From a virus (taxonomy: Duplodnaviria > Caudoviricetes), in IMG/VR virus record IMGVR_UViG_3300028805_000048: DNA of 64,000 bases; one strand, 5' to 3'. Below, piece by piece: positions 53,909-64,000 of the stretch. The notes under the pieces are model-generated. The model did no database searches. It had not been told where the DNA came from and worked only from the letters and a program-made list of their open reading frames with translations. How positions within the stretch are numbered: the first letter of the stretch is position 1; each line of letters starts with the position of its first letter. The position numbers were made by a program, and so were the translations under genes.

Positions 53909-53999
53909 CTATAAATTAGAAATAATAAATGGCTTTACAAAACACATTATTTTTGTCTATAATGTGTTTACAATAGTGAAAAATTGAAAGGAACTAATT

Positions 54000-54608
54000 A
54001 TGAAAAATTTTCCATCTGAATATTTATTTGTAGATGAAAACGCTAATACTTTTTATAAACGTTATGAAGAGAAAAAAGAAGCTTGTAATATAAATCCATA
54101 TACATTAGCATCTACACCAGTTGTTTTTTCAAACAAAGCAACTGTAAGAACATTGTTTGAATTAGTAAATAAAAATGAATATCTTAAACCTTTTTTATTT
54201 CATTTCAACGATTTTTTTAACGAATTAGATAATAAGAAAGAGCAAAATATTAATGGTTCGATTAGATTTAGTTGGTCTGAAATTGATTTAAGTGAGAATT
54301 ACTTCAATGTGAGTTTTCCAAAAATGGAAGTAGATGGTATCGATGAAAACAATGATATTTTTGGAATAGACTTTTTACCATGTAATGAAATCGCTGATTT
54401 ACCATTATTGTTTGATAATAATGTGATTGTTTTAGATCAAGATGGAAAAGAAATTAAGAAAATATATACACATCCTACTTTATTTCAAGTACTCTATGGT
54501 TTATTTTGGGAATTGAGTTTTTACGGAGATCCGCATACTAGAGATGAAAAAGGTAAAGAGTTACTCAATGAATTATATAAAAATAAGGAGAATAAATCCA
54601 ATGCGTGA
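54000..54608 (+). CDS. Conserved-looking phage hypothetical protein
   Basis: GIDF.P..E+.DLP...TLFQVL.GLFWELSFYG.P..RDE. Confidence 0.6.
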   Translation: MKNFPSEYLFVDENANTFYKRYEEKKEACNINPYTLASTPVVFSNKATVRTLFELVNKNEYLKPFLFHFNDFFNELDNKKEQNINGSIRFSWSEIDLSENYFNVSFPKMEVDGIDENNDIFGIDFLPCNEIADLPLLFDNNVIVLDQDGKEIKKIYTHPTLFQVLYGLFWELSFYGDPHTRDEKGKELLNELYKNKENKSNA

Positions 54609-54974
54609 AATAAAAAAATTTAAAACAGTTGGTGAATTAAAAGCTGTTTTAGAAAAATACGATTCTGATACTTCTTTACGAATTTTAAATGGTTTTAATT
54701 TATATGCTATAAGTATTATCGTTCCACAAAATAAAAATATGATTATTTTAACTCCGAACAAGAAATCTACAAGATGTGTGAAAGTAAGAAAATCTTAAAA
54801 ATTAAATATATAATTAACAACACAGAATTTGTAAAAGAAATTGAAGTTCCTAATATCGATCAAGCTTCTGATGTTGAAACACAGATTATTCTTTTAGTAG
54901 ATAAATTTGTGTCAGATTATAATGAAGCCGCTGGTTTTAATATAATCAAATCGATAAATTGGGAATTAGTATAA

Positions 54975-55337
54975 ATGAATGATAAAATAATTATTCATCT
55001 CGAAGATGAGATAGGTCCAAAAATGTTTTTTAGACATTTCTTTACAAAAAGAGGTTATACAGTATTAGATTTTTCAGATGCAAGTGAAGCAAATGATGCT
55101 AATCAATATCAAAATGCTAAAGTTATAATATCTGATTTTGATATGCCTGGTGAAAATGCTTTATCTATGTTAAGATTTTTACAAGACAACAATATTTCTA
55201 CTCCAGTAATAATGCATTCTGGAAATAAGTCTAATTATGATTTGATTAAATCTAAAGGTTTAGATAAAAATGTTATAATGTGGGCTGATAAAGATGAATC
55301 TTTAAAAAATATTTTAGAAAAAATAGAAAGTTTATAA
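54975..55337 (+). CDS. Single-domain response regulator (CheY-like receiver)
   Basis: HLEDE acidic pair, IISD(phosphoacceptor)FDMPG, PVIMHS, conserved Lys in ADK. Confidence 0.8.
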   Translation: MNDKIIIHLEDEIGPKMFFRHFFTKRGYTVLDFSDASEANDANQYQNAKVIISDFDMPGENALSMLRFLQDNNISTPVIMHSGNKSNYDLIKSKGLDKNVIMWADKDESLKNILEKIESL

Positions 55338-55428
55338 AAATGGTTTTACTTTTTATTTTTGATAGTATATAAAAGTTTTTGTTAAAAGCAAACATTTTTT
55401 AAACATAATTTAGAAAGGAAACTTAATC

Positions 55429-56040
55429 ATGGCTCGTGCTAGAATTTTAGTTAGTGTTGATGGCGGTAAATTACGTAATGTTATGGATACTGCTGAAAAA
55501 TATAATGTGAAAGCTAATAGTTTATATATGGCTTTACACAATAATCAGAAATATTTTTTTGATTATCGAATTAACAAAATAGATAAATATACATACGATT
55601 TGATCACAAGTAAAGCTTCTTCAAAAGAAAGGAATTTATCTAAAAGAGCAGTCGGTGTCAAATGTGTAGATACAAATACTATTTATCCAAGCATTAGTGC
55701 TGCTGCTAAAGCTTGTGGTGAACACATGTGGACAATGTCTGTCAAAATGGAAGAAACAGGTAAATTTATCGATAAAGAAGGTAAAGAATATATTCGTTTA
55801 ACTCCAATGAATAAATTGACTGATCGTACATATGGTATTAAAGCATCTGCTATAACAAGAGATATTAAACCGTATAAAAAATCTACACAAAGTGTTGAAA
55901 ACGTTGAAACTCATGTTATTTCAGCAAAAGATAATATTATTCAATCTTTAATTAAATCAACAAATTTATTAATGGATAATAAAAATTATTCACAAGCTGC
56001 TCAAGTTTTAGCAATTTTAAATGAAATTGATAAGCAGTAA
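55429..56040 (+). CDS. NUMOD1-like DNA-binding protein
   Basis: VKCVDTNTIYPSISAAAKACG. Confidence 0.5.
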   Translation: MARARILVSVDGGKLRNVMDTAEKYNVKANSLYMALHNNQKYFFDYRINKIDKYTYDLITSKASSKERNLSKRAVGVKCVDTNTIYPSISAAAKACGEHMWTMSVKMEETGKFIDKEGKEYIRLTPMNKLTDRTYGIKASAITRDIKPYKKSTQSVENVETHVISAKDNIIQSLIKSTNLLMDNKNYSQAAQVLAILNEIDKQ

Positions 56041-56060
56041 ATAAAGTTTATTGTTGAACG

Positions 56061-56093
56061 AAAAGGCTATACATACAAAGTATAGCCTTTTTT
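56061..56093 (+). terminator. Intrinsic terminator
   Basis: aaaaggctatac...gtatagccttttt. Confidence 0.75.
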
Positions 56094-56726
56094 ATGGCTT
56101 TACTTCATATAAAGTTTATAATATAATTATATTATAAATGAAAGGCTTAACATGGAATTTCCAAAAATTTTATATATTAGAAATCAATATGATCACTTCG
56201 CAAGTAAAACAATTGGCGTTTGTAAAAAAGCTAGAGTTAAAATAGAATTTGTAAAAACGATAAAAACACTAGACGATTTAAATGAAATAGAGACCTTAGC
56301 CAAAATGTCAGGACAAAAAATAGAAAAAGAAGGTAATACTTTTAGTACTCATAAAATAGGTCAATATGTTATATTACATTCTGTAGAAAAATCTACAATG
56401 CTTTATTTGACAGAATTAAATTCAGCCAGATTTCATTGGTGGGAATCATATCATGATTATGATTGTGAATATGCATTATATGTAGTAACTGAAAAAGATA
56501 TACCTAATCCAAAAAGAAAGGATATAGATATGAAAATAGCAAATACAAAAAACATAAAAAATGATGTAATTAAAAATAGTAAATATATTAGTTATTTAAC
56601 AAAAGACTATGTTTATTTAAAGAAAAGTCAATTGATGAAATTGATAGAGAATGAATTAAAAAAGCAAGGTTTTGAGTTAAATAATAAAATTAATATTTAT
56701 ATAGAAAACAACGAATAGGAAAAGAA

Positions 56727-56957
56727 ATGAAATTAAAAAAAGTAAATTTTGATGAAAGAGGAGCTGCACCTTGTAAATTTTGTAGCAAAAAGAATTTACA
56801 AGTTTATCCAGTTATTAAAGAAATCGATGAAATGTTTTATGCTCAATGTCCAAAGTGTAATAAACATAATCCTTATGAATTTTTAGGAATAACTGAGAAA
56901 AGAGCGATAGATCGTTGGAACAATTGTCAATGCTCTAGAGGTGACGATTTGTATTAA
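56727..56957 (+). CDS. Lar-like zinc-ribbon protein
   Basis: PCKFC...CPKC...AIDRWN. Confidence 0.55.
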   Translation: MKLKKVNFDERGAAPCKFCSKKNLQVYPVIKEIDEMFYAQCPKCNKHNPYEFLGITEKRAIDRWNNCQCSRGDDLY

Positions 56958-57265
56958 GTGAAAGGTTTTACAATGTATCGTAAACAGTATATATACTATT
57001 GGAAAAGAGAAGAAGATAATAACAATGGATATATAATTCTATCATCTAACAAACCAGATGAAGTTGCTAAAGCGATGATTATATATGATTGTGATAATAA
57101 TATATATTATTATTCACAAGATAAAGAAGACTTAAATGCTCCAAGTAATCTAAAAAATGAACTTGAAGTAATTGAGATTTATAAAAATAAGTTTATTTAT
57201 CGAGAAAAAATAATAAATGAATTTTTTAATAACGTTAAAAAATATTTAGAAAAGGAAGAAATGTC

Positions 57266-59224
57266 ATGCGAAAAGATATTATATCCATATTAGAAAAATG
57301 TAATGAAACTTATTCTAAAGGCGAAGTATATTTTCTCAAAGATAATGAATATTCCATTATAGAACAAGAATTTAATATCACTTTGCCATATTTAGATGTA
57401 GATGATTCTTTATATGACATTATTTATTTTTGTGCTAAAGAAAAATGGCCAGATGATCCATTTTTTAACAAATTGACTTCAGAAAACGTTGGCTATGGAC
57501 AAGACATTATTCATGAAATACCAATGGGTAGCATGGAAGAATTAAAAGAAGGTGATTTGGAGAAGTGGATTGGAAATCACAAAGATTTTGTATTCTCGGA
57601 TAAATTAGATGGTTGTTCAGTTATCCTCACATATATTGATGGAAAATTGAACATGGCTGCTACTCGTGGTCATGGTACAAAAGGAAAAGATATCATGCGT
57701 CACATTAAACAAGTTCATAACGTACCAAAGAAAATAGATTATAAAGATAAACTAATAGTCCGTGGTGAATTAATTTTTAAAAAGAATATGATCAAATCAA
57801 TACTCGATAATATAGAATTGAAAACTGGTAAAAAGCAGAAAAACGGTCGTAATACAATAGCTGGCGCCTTAAATAGAAAAGAAACAGATAAAGACATCTT
57901 TAATAATTGTAAATTTGTTGCTTATTGGACTTCTAATAACCAAGGAACACTAGATGCATTTAAACAATTAGAATACTTAGGTTTTACAGTACCTTATTAT
58001 CAGGAATGTTCTAATGAAGTTTTGACAGATGAAAACTGTTTAGAAATAGTAAAAACTCGTTTGAAGTTTTCTGATTATGAATTGGATGGTATAATCATTA
58101 CTCAAAATGATTATAGTGATACAGGATTTGTAGGTGGAACAATAAATCCTAAATGCAGTCGTAAATTTAAAATGGGTATTCATGATAATGTTGCTGAATC
58201 TACAGTTACCAATATAAATTGGCAAATTAGTAGATGGGGTATTTTTACTCCAGTATTAGAAATCGAACCAGTTGAAGTAGCTGGAGCTTTGATTACTAAT
58301 ATCACGGCACATAATTATGAAAATGTAATTAAGTCAAGATGCGGTATTGGTGCTAAAATTAAATTTAAACGTGCTGGTTTAGTTATTCCTAAATTAGAAG
58401 AAGTATTGATACCATCTGAAAATTATAATTTACCAAAATGTAAAACTGAAATACAAGGTGTCGATTTAGTATATGTTTGGTCTAATGATACTCCACAATA
58501 TGCTAAAGAAATGGGAATTAGGCGTTTAGAATATTTTGGAAAAGTATTAGATATTGAACAGCTAGGTTATGGTAATTGTGCTAAAATATATGATAGATAT
58601 ATAAAAGATAATAAATTGAATCTTTATGATAATCCATATCGTATTTATGAACTTCCAGAAGGTGAAATTACAAAACTGATAGGTGAGAATGGGAAAAAGA
58701 TAGAAGCTAGTCTGAAAGCTAAAAAAAGTACTTTTACAGAAACACAATTTGCTGCGGCTTGTGGTAGTTTTGGTCCAGATATCGGTGAACGCGTTTTACA
58801 ATTAGTTTGGGATAAATACGGTACTTTAGAAAATATGACTGAAGATATGTTAAAAAATATAGACGGTTTTGGACAAGCTCGTATTGAACAATATATTGAA
58901 TATCAACATTTGTGGTATATGACTAAAATCCATATGCAATTTTATGGTTATTGTATAGAATTTGTTGATGCTAAAAAGAAAATAGAATCTGACAAATTTA
59001 AAGACTATATTGTTTGTTTTACTGGCGTTAGAGATAAAGCTTTAGCTCAATATATCACAGACAACGGTGGACAAGCTGGAGATAATTGGACAAAAAATAC
59101 AAATTGTTTAATTGTTAAAGATAAAAACAGTACTTCAACTAAAATGAAAAAGGCTTTACAATTAGGAATCAAAATTTTATCTTTAAATGAAGCTTATGGG
59201 GAGTTTAATTTTGAAAGGAAATAA
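57266..59224 (+). CDS. ligA: NAD-dependent DNA ligase
   Basis: KLDG, ATRG.G..G, VRGE, RN..AG, ELDGII, OB fold, C-terminal BRCT (CFTG...KMKKA..LGIKI). Confidence 0.93.
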   Translation: MRKDIISILEKCNETYSKGEVYFLKDNEYSIIEQEFNITLPYLDVDDSLYDIIYFCAKEKWPDDPFFNKLTSENVGYGQDIIHEIPMGSMEELKEGDLEKWIGNHKDFVFSDKLDGCSVILTYIDGKLNMAATRGHGTKGKDIMRHIKQVHNVPKKIDYKDKLIVRGELIFKKNMIKSILDNIELKTGKKQKNGRNTIAGALNRKETDKDIFNNCKFVAYWTSNNQGTLDAFKQLEYLGFTVPYYQECSNEVLTDENCLEIVKTRLKFSDYELDGIIITQNDYSDTGFVGGTINPKCSRKFKMGIHDNVAESTVTNINWQISRWGIFTPVLEIEPVEVAGALITNITAHNYENVIKSRCGIGAKIKFKRAGLVIPKLEEVLIPSENYNLPKCKTEIQGVDLVYVWSNDTPQYAKEMGIRRLEYFGKVLDIEQLGYGNCAKIYDRYIKDNKLNLYDNPYRIYELPEGEITKLIGENGKKIEASLKAKKSTFTETQFAAACGSFGPDIGERVLQLVWDKYGTLENMTEDMLKNIDGFGQARIEQYIEYQHLWYMTKIHMQFYGYCIEFVDAKKKIESDKFKDYIVCFTGVRDKALAQYITDNGGQAGDNWTKNTNCLIVKDKNSTSTKMKKALQLGIKILSLNEAYGEFNFERK

Positions 59225-60171
59225 TAATGCATCCAGATAAACTTATTCCAGGTTCAATGTTTAATTTTGATGGTATAAATTATACTGTTGGAAATGAAAA
59301 TGAGTTGCTCAAATTGATAGAGTTAGATACTTCTAGTTTATATCCATCGATTTTTTCAACTTCGAATGAAGAAAGTAGACTTCCTTTTGATAACGCTTGT
59401 TTATATCGCAATATATTTTTAAATCTTTGTGACGAAAATGAAGATAAAAAAGCAGATTATGAAACATTATTGATATTGAATGATAATGATTACCGACGCA
59501 CAGTTTTGCAAATCGAATACGAAAGAGGATCAGCGATCAATACAAACAATGTTTCAGATTTATAGGAATTTATCATAATGAATAATGTGTTTAAACAATG
59601 TACTAAATTAACTACTCTCGATTGGATAAACATGAAAAAAAATATATCAATTGAAGCTTGTTATCGTGTATTATTTGATAAACTTTGTGAAAGATTTCCA
59701 CAATATGTTGATGATTTCGTGACAATTAAAAGACTATATAATGAAACAAATCAATTAGAAAATGAAAACGTAGTAATTCAAATAATAGCTTTTTTGATTA
59801 AGGAAGGAAAACTTTAATGGTAACATCTAATAAAGTGTTTATATCTGCAACATCATCTTCTTCACCTTTAGCACAAACAGTAACGCTTAACAATAATCAA
59901 ACTGTTAATGGTTATAAAACATCTATAAGCACTACTACTTTTACTAATCAACTTTATCTTCAAAATCACGATAAAATGGAAATGATTTTGAGTGAAGGAA
60001 ATATAAACAAAATAGAAGAAAATAATCGTGCTAAAATAATGTATGATTTAATATCTGTTTGCTTAACGAACGAAGAAAAACAAGATATAGAAACAGTTTT
60101 AAAATTGAACAATGATAATTATAAAGCTATTTTACGTTCTGTATTAAAGTTATTATTACAAGATGAAATAT

Positions 60172-61155
60172 CTACCATTGACGGTAAGTAATATTTTTAC
60201 TTTCTCCAAGACGGAAAGGCTGTTGAATTGTGAAGTCTGTTACTGCTGTGCCGTCACCTGCAAAGTTTATTAATGGTGTGTACCAAGTTTGTGCTAAAGT
60301 GTTTGCTGTTATAACAGCATTTTGATTTTTTATATAACAACCAACACCGCCTGTTACATCAACATCTTCAATAGTGTTGTATTCCCTATATCTTCCATTA
60401 GATATAATTCCGTTACTAAATAATCTTACATACCAATCTTTAGATGTTCCAGTTCCACCTAGTTCAACTATTTGTAAACTATTTGTAATTGTTTGTCTTG
60501 ATTTCAAATTTCCATTCGTATTGTATCTATCAGAAACAAGTGCTTTAATCCCAGGATATACGAAAGCATGATGCCCGATGAATCCTGCACCATTAAATAT
60601 CATGTCACGCCCATTAGAGTCTTTGGCAAAACTTGCTACACCATCTACGACATCAATTACACATAACGGTGCACAATATCGCCCACCTGCTTCACCTGTA
60701 CCTGAATAATTTATAATCGTTTGTGCACTTGTATCAAATGCAAAACCGCCACTTGCTGTTGCTCCAGAACCACTAACACAACTTAAAATGTTTCTTGCAA
60801 ATAAAGAAGAACCAGCAAAACTCATACAAACTACAAATTTGGCAGTATTTGTCGGCAAATCTAAAGTTAAATCACTCGAATTGCTTACTTCTGAGTATGT
60901 ATTGCCATTCGGGTACCAACAAGAACTTCCAGCCTTCAAGGTCAGCACATTATTTTCTACTATGGCATTAATTTTTTGCGGAATTTCTAAAATACAATTA
61001 GATATAGTGCCATTTTGAGTAGCAAATACATTACTTATGTCTTTAATCTCATAAAGTTGCGTATTATCATAAGTATTTGTATCTATAACATCTTCATATT
61101 TATCATAAGACAATTTATTAATTATTAAGTCTGAAATAGGGGTATCTGTACTCAT
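60172..61155 (-). CDS. Tail fibre / virion appendage-like protein
   Basis: NCILEIPQ...LTLKAGS...PNG and IFNGAGFIG motifs; Gly/Thr-rich; AGTTCTA at 61194. Confidence 0.5.
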   Translation of the reverse strand: MSTDTPISDLIINKLSYDKYEDVIDTNTYDNTQLYEIKDISNVFATQNGTISNCILEIPQKINAIVENNVLTLKAGSSCWYPNGNTYSEVSNSSDLTLDLPTNTAKFVVCMSFAGSSLFARNILSCVSGSGATASGGFAFDTSAQTIINYSGTGEAGGRYCAPLCVIDVVDGVASFAKDSNGRDMIFNGAGFIGHHAFVYPGIKALVSDRYNTNGNLKSRQTITNSLQIVELGGTGTSKDWYVRLFSNGIISNGRYREYNTIEDVDVTGGVGCYIKNQNAVITANTLAQTWYTPLINFAGDGTAVTDFTIQQPFRLGESKNITYRQW

Positions 61156-61308
61156 TATATATAAACCTGTAAAATTTTAACAATATTTATTTATAGAACT
61201 AATTTGTTGTTATAATCACATTGTTTTCATTCAATGGCTTTACTTTTTGTATGATAATAGCTATATTTACAATATAATAAATTACATATTAAAAATTTTC
61301 AAAGGAGA

Positions 61309-61767
61309 GTGTTTATGACCATCAAAACTATAAAAGATAAAGCTGCTTTACGTAAAAGTAAGCAAAAAACAATAAAATTAGGAAGAAGAAGTATAAATGA
61401 TATAATAAAAAGTAAAAGTTTATCATTTCCTGAAAAAATCGATTATATTCGTCATCATTACACATACTATGAAGGAAATGCTAATCTATTTGATAACCAA
61501 TATGAATACAGACGTTCTTGGTTAAATAAGTTAATAGAAGGTGTAATAAATAGAAAATACCAACCTTGTGTTTTGAAAAGTTTTAATAGAATCATAATGA
61601 AATGGCGTAAAAATCCAAATTATAAACCAAAACGAAGTGAAATATATATAGAAAAGCGATATGCTGATTTATGTAATTCTATAGATTTTTTTGATTTAAT
61701 TGAGTTGCAAAATTATATATCAAATGATAATAAGGAGAATTTGCAAGAAAATGTTATTGCCTTATAA
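61309..61767 (+). CDS. Hypothetical protein
   Basis: YIRHHYTYYE motif; promoter at 61236. Confidence 0.6.
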   Translation: MFMTIKTIKDKAALRKSKQKTIKLGRRSINDIIKSKSLSFPEKIDYIRHHYTYYEGNANLFDNQYEYRRSWLNKLIEGVINRKYQPCVLKSFNRIIMKWRKNPNYKPKRSEIYIEKRYADLCNSIDFFDLIELQNYISNDNKENLQENVIAL

Positions 61768-62284
61768 TTCTAATAAATTATATTTTTTCATGACACGTGG
61801 TATTCCTGGTTGTGGTAAAAGTACTTTTGTAAAAGAATATATGTCTAAGATATCAAAAGTTGTAGAATCAGATGTAATACGTGAAGCTATAAATGGAAGA
61901 TGCTTAGAAAACGGTCGTGAATTTATAAATCAAAACAACGGAGCAGCTGTTTGGGTTATTGTTGATAAAGAAATTGAAATGACTTTACAAAACAATCAAT
62001 CAGTTACGCTAGATGCAACAAATATTAATTTTTGGCAGCTTGATAAATATAAAAAGATAGCTGAAAAGTATAAAGCTGAATATATTGTTATAGATTTTTC
62101 AAATGTTTCGTTAGAAGAAGCATTAATGAGAAATTCTTTAAGATTACCGGAATATAAAAGAGTTCCAGATAAAGTAATAGAACGGATGTATAGAGATATC
62201 ATTAAAGAAAATGATAAATTAATCACATTTAAGGCTTTACATAATAAAAATGAAGTTTTAGATTGGTTATCGAATGTAATTTAG
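61751..62284 (+). CDS. Polynucleotide kinase-like P-loop protein (PseT kinase / AAA_33)
   Basis: RGIPGCGKST, SDVIR, LDATN, RNxxR...VPxxVIxRM. Confidence 0.8.
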   Translation: MLLPYNSNKLYFFMTRGIPGCGKSTFVKEYMSKISKVVESDVIREAINGRCLENGREFINQNNGAAVWVIVDKEIEMTLQNNQSVTLDATNINFWQLDKYKKIAEKYKAEYIVIDFSNVSLEEALMRNSLRLPEYKRVPDKVIERMYRDIIKENDKLITFKALHNKNEVLDWLSNVI

Positions 62285-62478
62285 GATACTTAATATAAAT
62301 GAATACAAGTGAAAGCAATGATCAAGAAGACGTAAAAGATGATGATCTTGTTGAATATTCGGATGCTGAAAAAGAAGAAAAGATAAAACTCATATCTAAG
62401 CGTAAAAAAGAGTATATTTCTTCTAAGTTGTTATTTGAATTAACTTGTAGAGGTGCACACGATTAAGAAAGGAAAAAC

Positions 62479-63069
62479 ATGACCTGTTGTATAGCTTATA
62501 AGATTGAAAATAAAGGTGTAGTATTAGCAGCTGACACGGCTGGAACTGATAATTGTGATAATCAACTTACTAGAGTTGATCCAAAACTTTTTAGTCGTGA
62601 TGACTTCATGTTTGCTGTTGCTGGATCTTTTAGATTACGTGATGTTTTAATGTATGATTTCGATATTCCTAAAAAACCAAAAAATGTATCAATTGATAAA
62701 TATATGAGAACCAAATTTATCAATGCTCTTCGTAACACATGCATTGATAAAGGTTTAATTAAAAAGAATGACGATACAAATGAAGAAGAATTGATTGGTG
62801 AATTTTTAATTTGCTATAAAGATAAGATTTATAAAATAGAAAGTGATCTTCAGGTCGGTGAATCTGTAGATAATTTTTATATTGTTGGTAGTGGTGAACA
62901 ATTAGCAATCGGAGCTTTAGCTATTCTTGAAAAAAGAACACCTCAAGCCTTTAATATTAAAAACATTAAAAATACTTTATTTGATGTATTGTCTACAGTT
63001 TCTAAATATAAATCGTCTGTGAGAGGTCCTTATATAACAATAAATAATCTTGGAGAAGAAAATGAATAA
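62479..63069 (+). CDS. HslV / proteasome-beta-like Ntn hydrolase
   Basis: N-terminal Thr (MTCCIA), LAAD, K..., AG, GSG...A.GAL. Confidence 0.75.
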   Translation: MTCCIAYKIENKGVVLAADTAGTDNCDNQLTRVDPKLFSRDDFMFAVAGSFRLRDVLMYDFDIPKKPKNVSIDKYMRTKFINALRNTCIDKGLIKKNDDTNEEELIGEFLICYKDKIYKIESDLQVGESVDNFYIVGSGEQLAIGALAILEKRTPQAFNIKNIKNTLFDVLSTVSKYKSSVRGPYITINNLGEENE

Positions 63070-64000
63070 TTGGCAACCACTTTTAGATATCTTAAAACAA
63101 GATGATTGGCAACAACAACTTGAAAGTGAACCAAGATATATAAGTATAAAAAGATGTCCTTATAAAGATATTGCTGGTAATTTACTTTATCCAGAATTAT
63201 ATATGCTATCATACGGTGAAGAATCTGATTTTAATGATCCTGTTGTTAGATGTTGCCGAGGTAGCATTGTTTCATTCGATGATAAAATTAATCCAAAAGT
63301 AGTATGCCAAACATTTCTTAAATTCGGTAATTATGGACAAGATTTTTGTCCAGAGATAGATTGGTCATCAGCAACGGTTCAAGATAAAAGAGATGGTTGT
63401 TTGATTAAGCTCTTCAATTACAAAAATGCTTGGTTTTGGGTAACTAATAATGGTTGGAACATTGATCTTGCTGCAAAAGAAATAACAATGTTACCATCAA
63501 AGTTTGAAGAACCAGAAACTGATAGTTGTGTAACATTTATGAATCTAATAAATTATTCAATGAATAAAGTTGGTTTTGACTATACGAAATTAGAAAAAAC
63601 ATATACGTATATGTTTGAATTATGCTCACCAAAATTACGTATTTTAGTAGATAATCCTAAAACAGAACTTGTTTATTTAGGTTCAAGAAATAACGTCACT
63701 ACACTCGAACTGAATCTTGAAGAAGCGTATCTTGTAAATCCAGAATTACAGAAACTTAAAACTGTAGAATATTTTGATTTACATAATATAACTGATACTT
63801 TAAAATTGTGTGATTCTTATGACGATGATACAAAAGAAGGTGTAGTTATCTGTGATAAATACTTTAATCGTGTTAAAATCAAATGTAAGCATTATGTAGA
63901 GTTGAAATATATTAGAAACAGTACAGCGACAAAAGAAGATAAAATCTTCGATATGGTTGTTATGAATACCGTTGATGATTTGTTCAGTGTTTTTCCTGAA
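63062..64000 (+). CDS. T4 Rnl1-like RNA ligase (runs off window; not in ORF track)
   Basis: CRG, KFGN, KRDG adenylation motif, TYMFEL.SP..RI, EGVVI...RVKIK. Confidence 0.85.
   Translation, partial: MNNWQPLLDILKQDDWQQQLESEPRYISIKRCPYKDIAGNLLYPELYMLSYGEESDFNDPVVRCCRGSIVSFDDKINPKVVCQTFLKFGNYGQDFCPEIDWSSATVQDKRDGCLIKLFNYKNAWFWVTNNGWNIDLAAKEITMLPSKFEEPETDSCVTFMNLINYSMNKVGFDYTKLEKTYTYMFELCSPKLRILVDNPKTELVYLGSRNNVTTLELNLEEAYLVNPELQKLKTVEYFDLHNITDTLKLCDSYDDDTKEGVVICDKYFNRVKIKCKHYVELKYIRNSTATKEDKIFDMVVMNTVDDLFSVFPE

Noticed and set aside
1-64000. Stop-codon reassignment (code 15 or 4), as in some large gut phages
   Set aside because: Long conserved genes (ligase, MCP, AAA, VWA) are intact in code 11; TAG and TGA terminate genes directly before the next SD or start; no suppressor tRNA seen.

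Overview
This 64 kb window is a very AT-rich segment of a large (probably jumbo) tailed phage read in the standard genetic code. It carries a T4 gp23-like major capsid gene, a likely neck gene, NAD-dependent DNA ligase, a PNK / HslV-like / Rnl1-like cluster at the right edge, and a MoxR AAA+ / VWA pair. It also has 11 recognisable tRNAs, two aberrant tRNA-like genes and several large structured non-coding RNA candidates. Two promoter classes are visible: about 20 host-sigma70-type promoters with an extended -35 GGCTTTAC drive + strand arrays of small genes, and a phage-specific AGTTCTA motif precedes structural and virion genes. The strongest finding is an 8-tRNA array (Ala, Phe, Lys, Met, Cys, Gly, Trp, His) behind a terminator/antiterminator. 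The 25-codon leader peptide of that attenuator contains the run KKCWHMFGFAGK, made only of, and including all of, those eight amino acids, which suggests an attenuator that senses each tRNA it controls. Other highlights: an unannotated ArfA-like ORF nearby; two N-terminal capsid-targeting-like leader families on late cargo proteins (ART-like proteins and a domesticated homing-endonuclease domain); about 25 small proteins sharing a C-terminal xxTLxKMKG-like helix; two copies of an IHF-centred ~125 bp element bracketing the early region; and a probable origin or terminus at 7.2-7.85 kb. All calls come from reading the sequence; no database searches were run.
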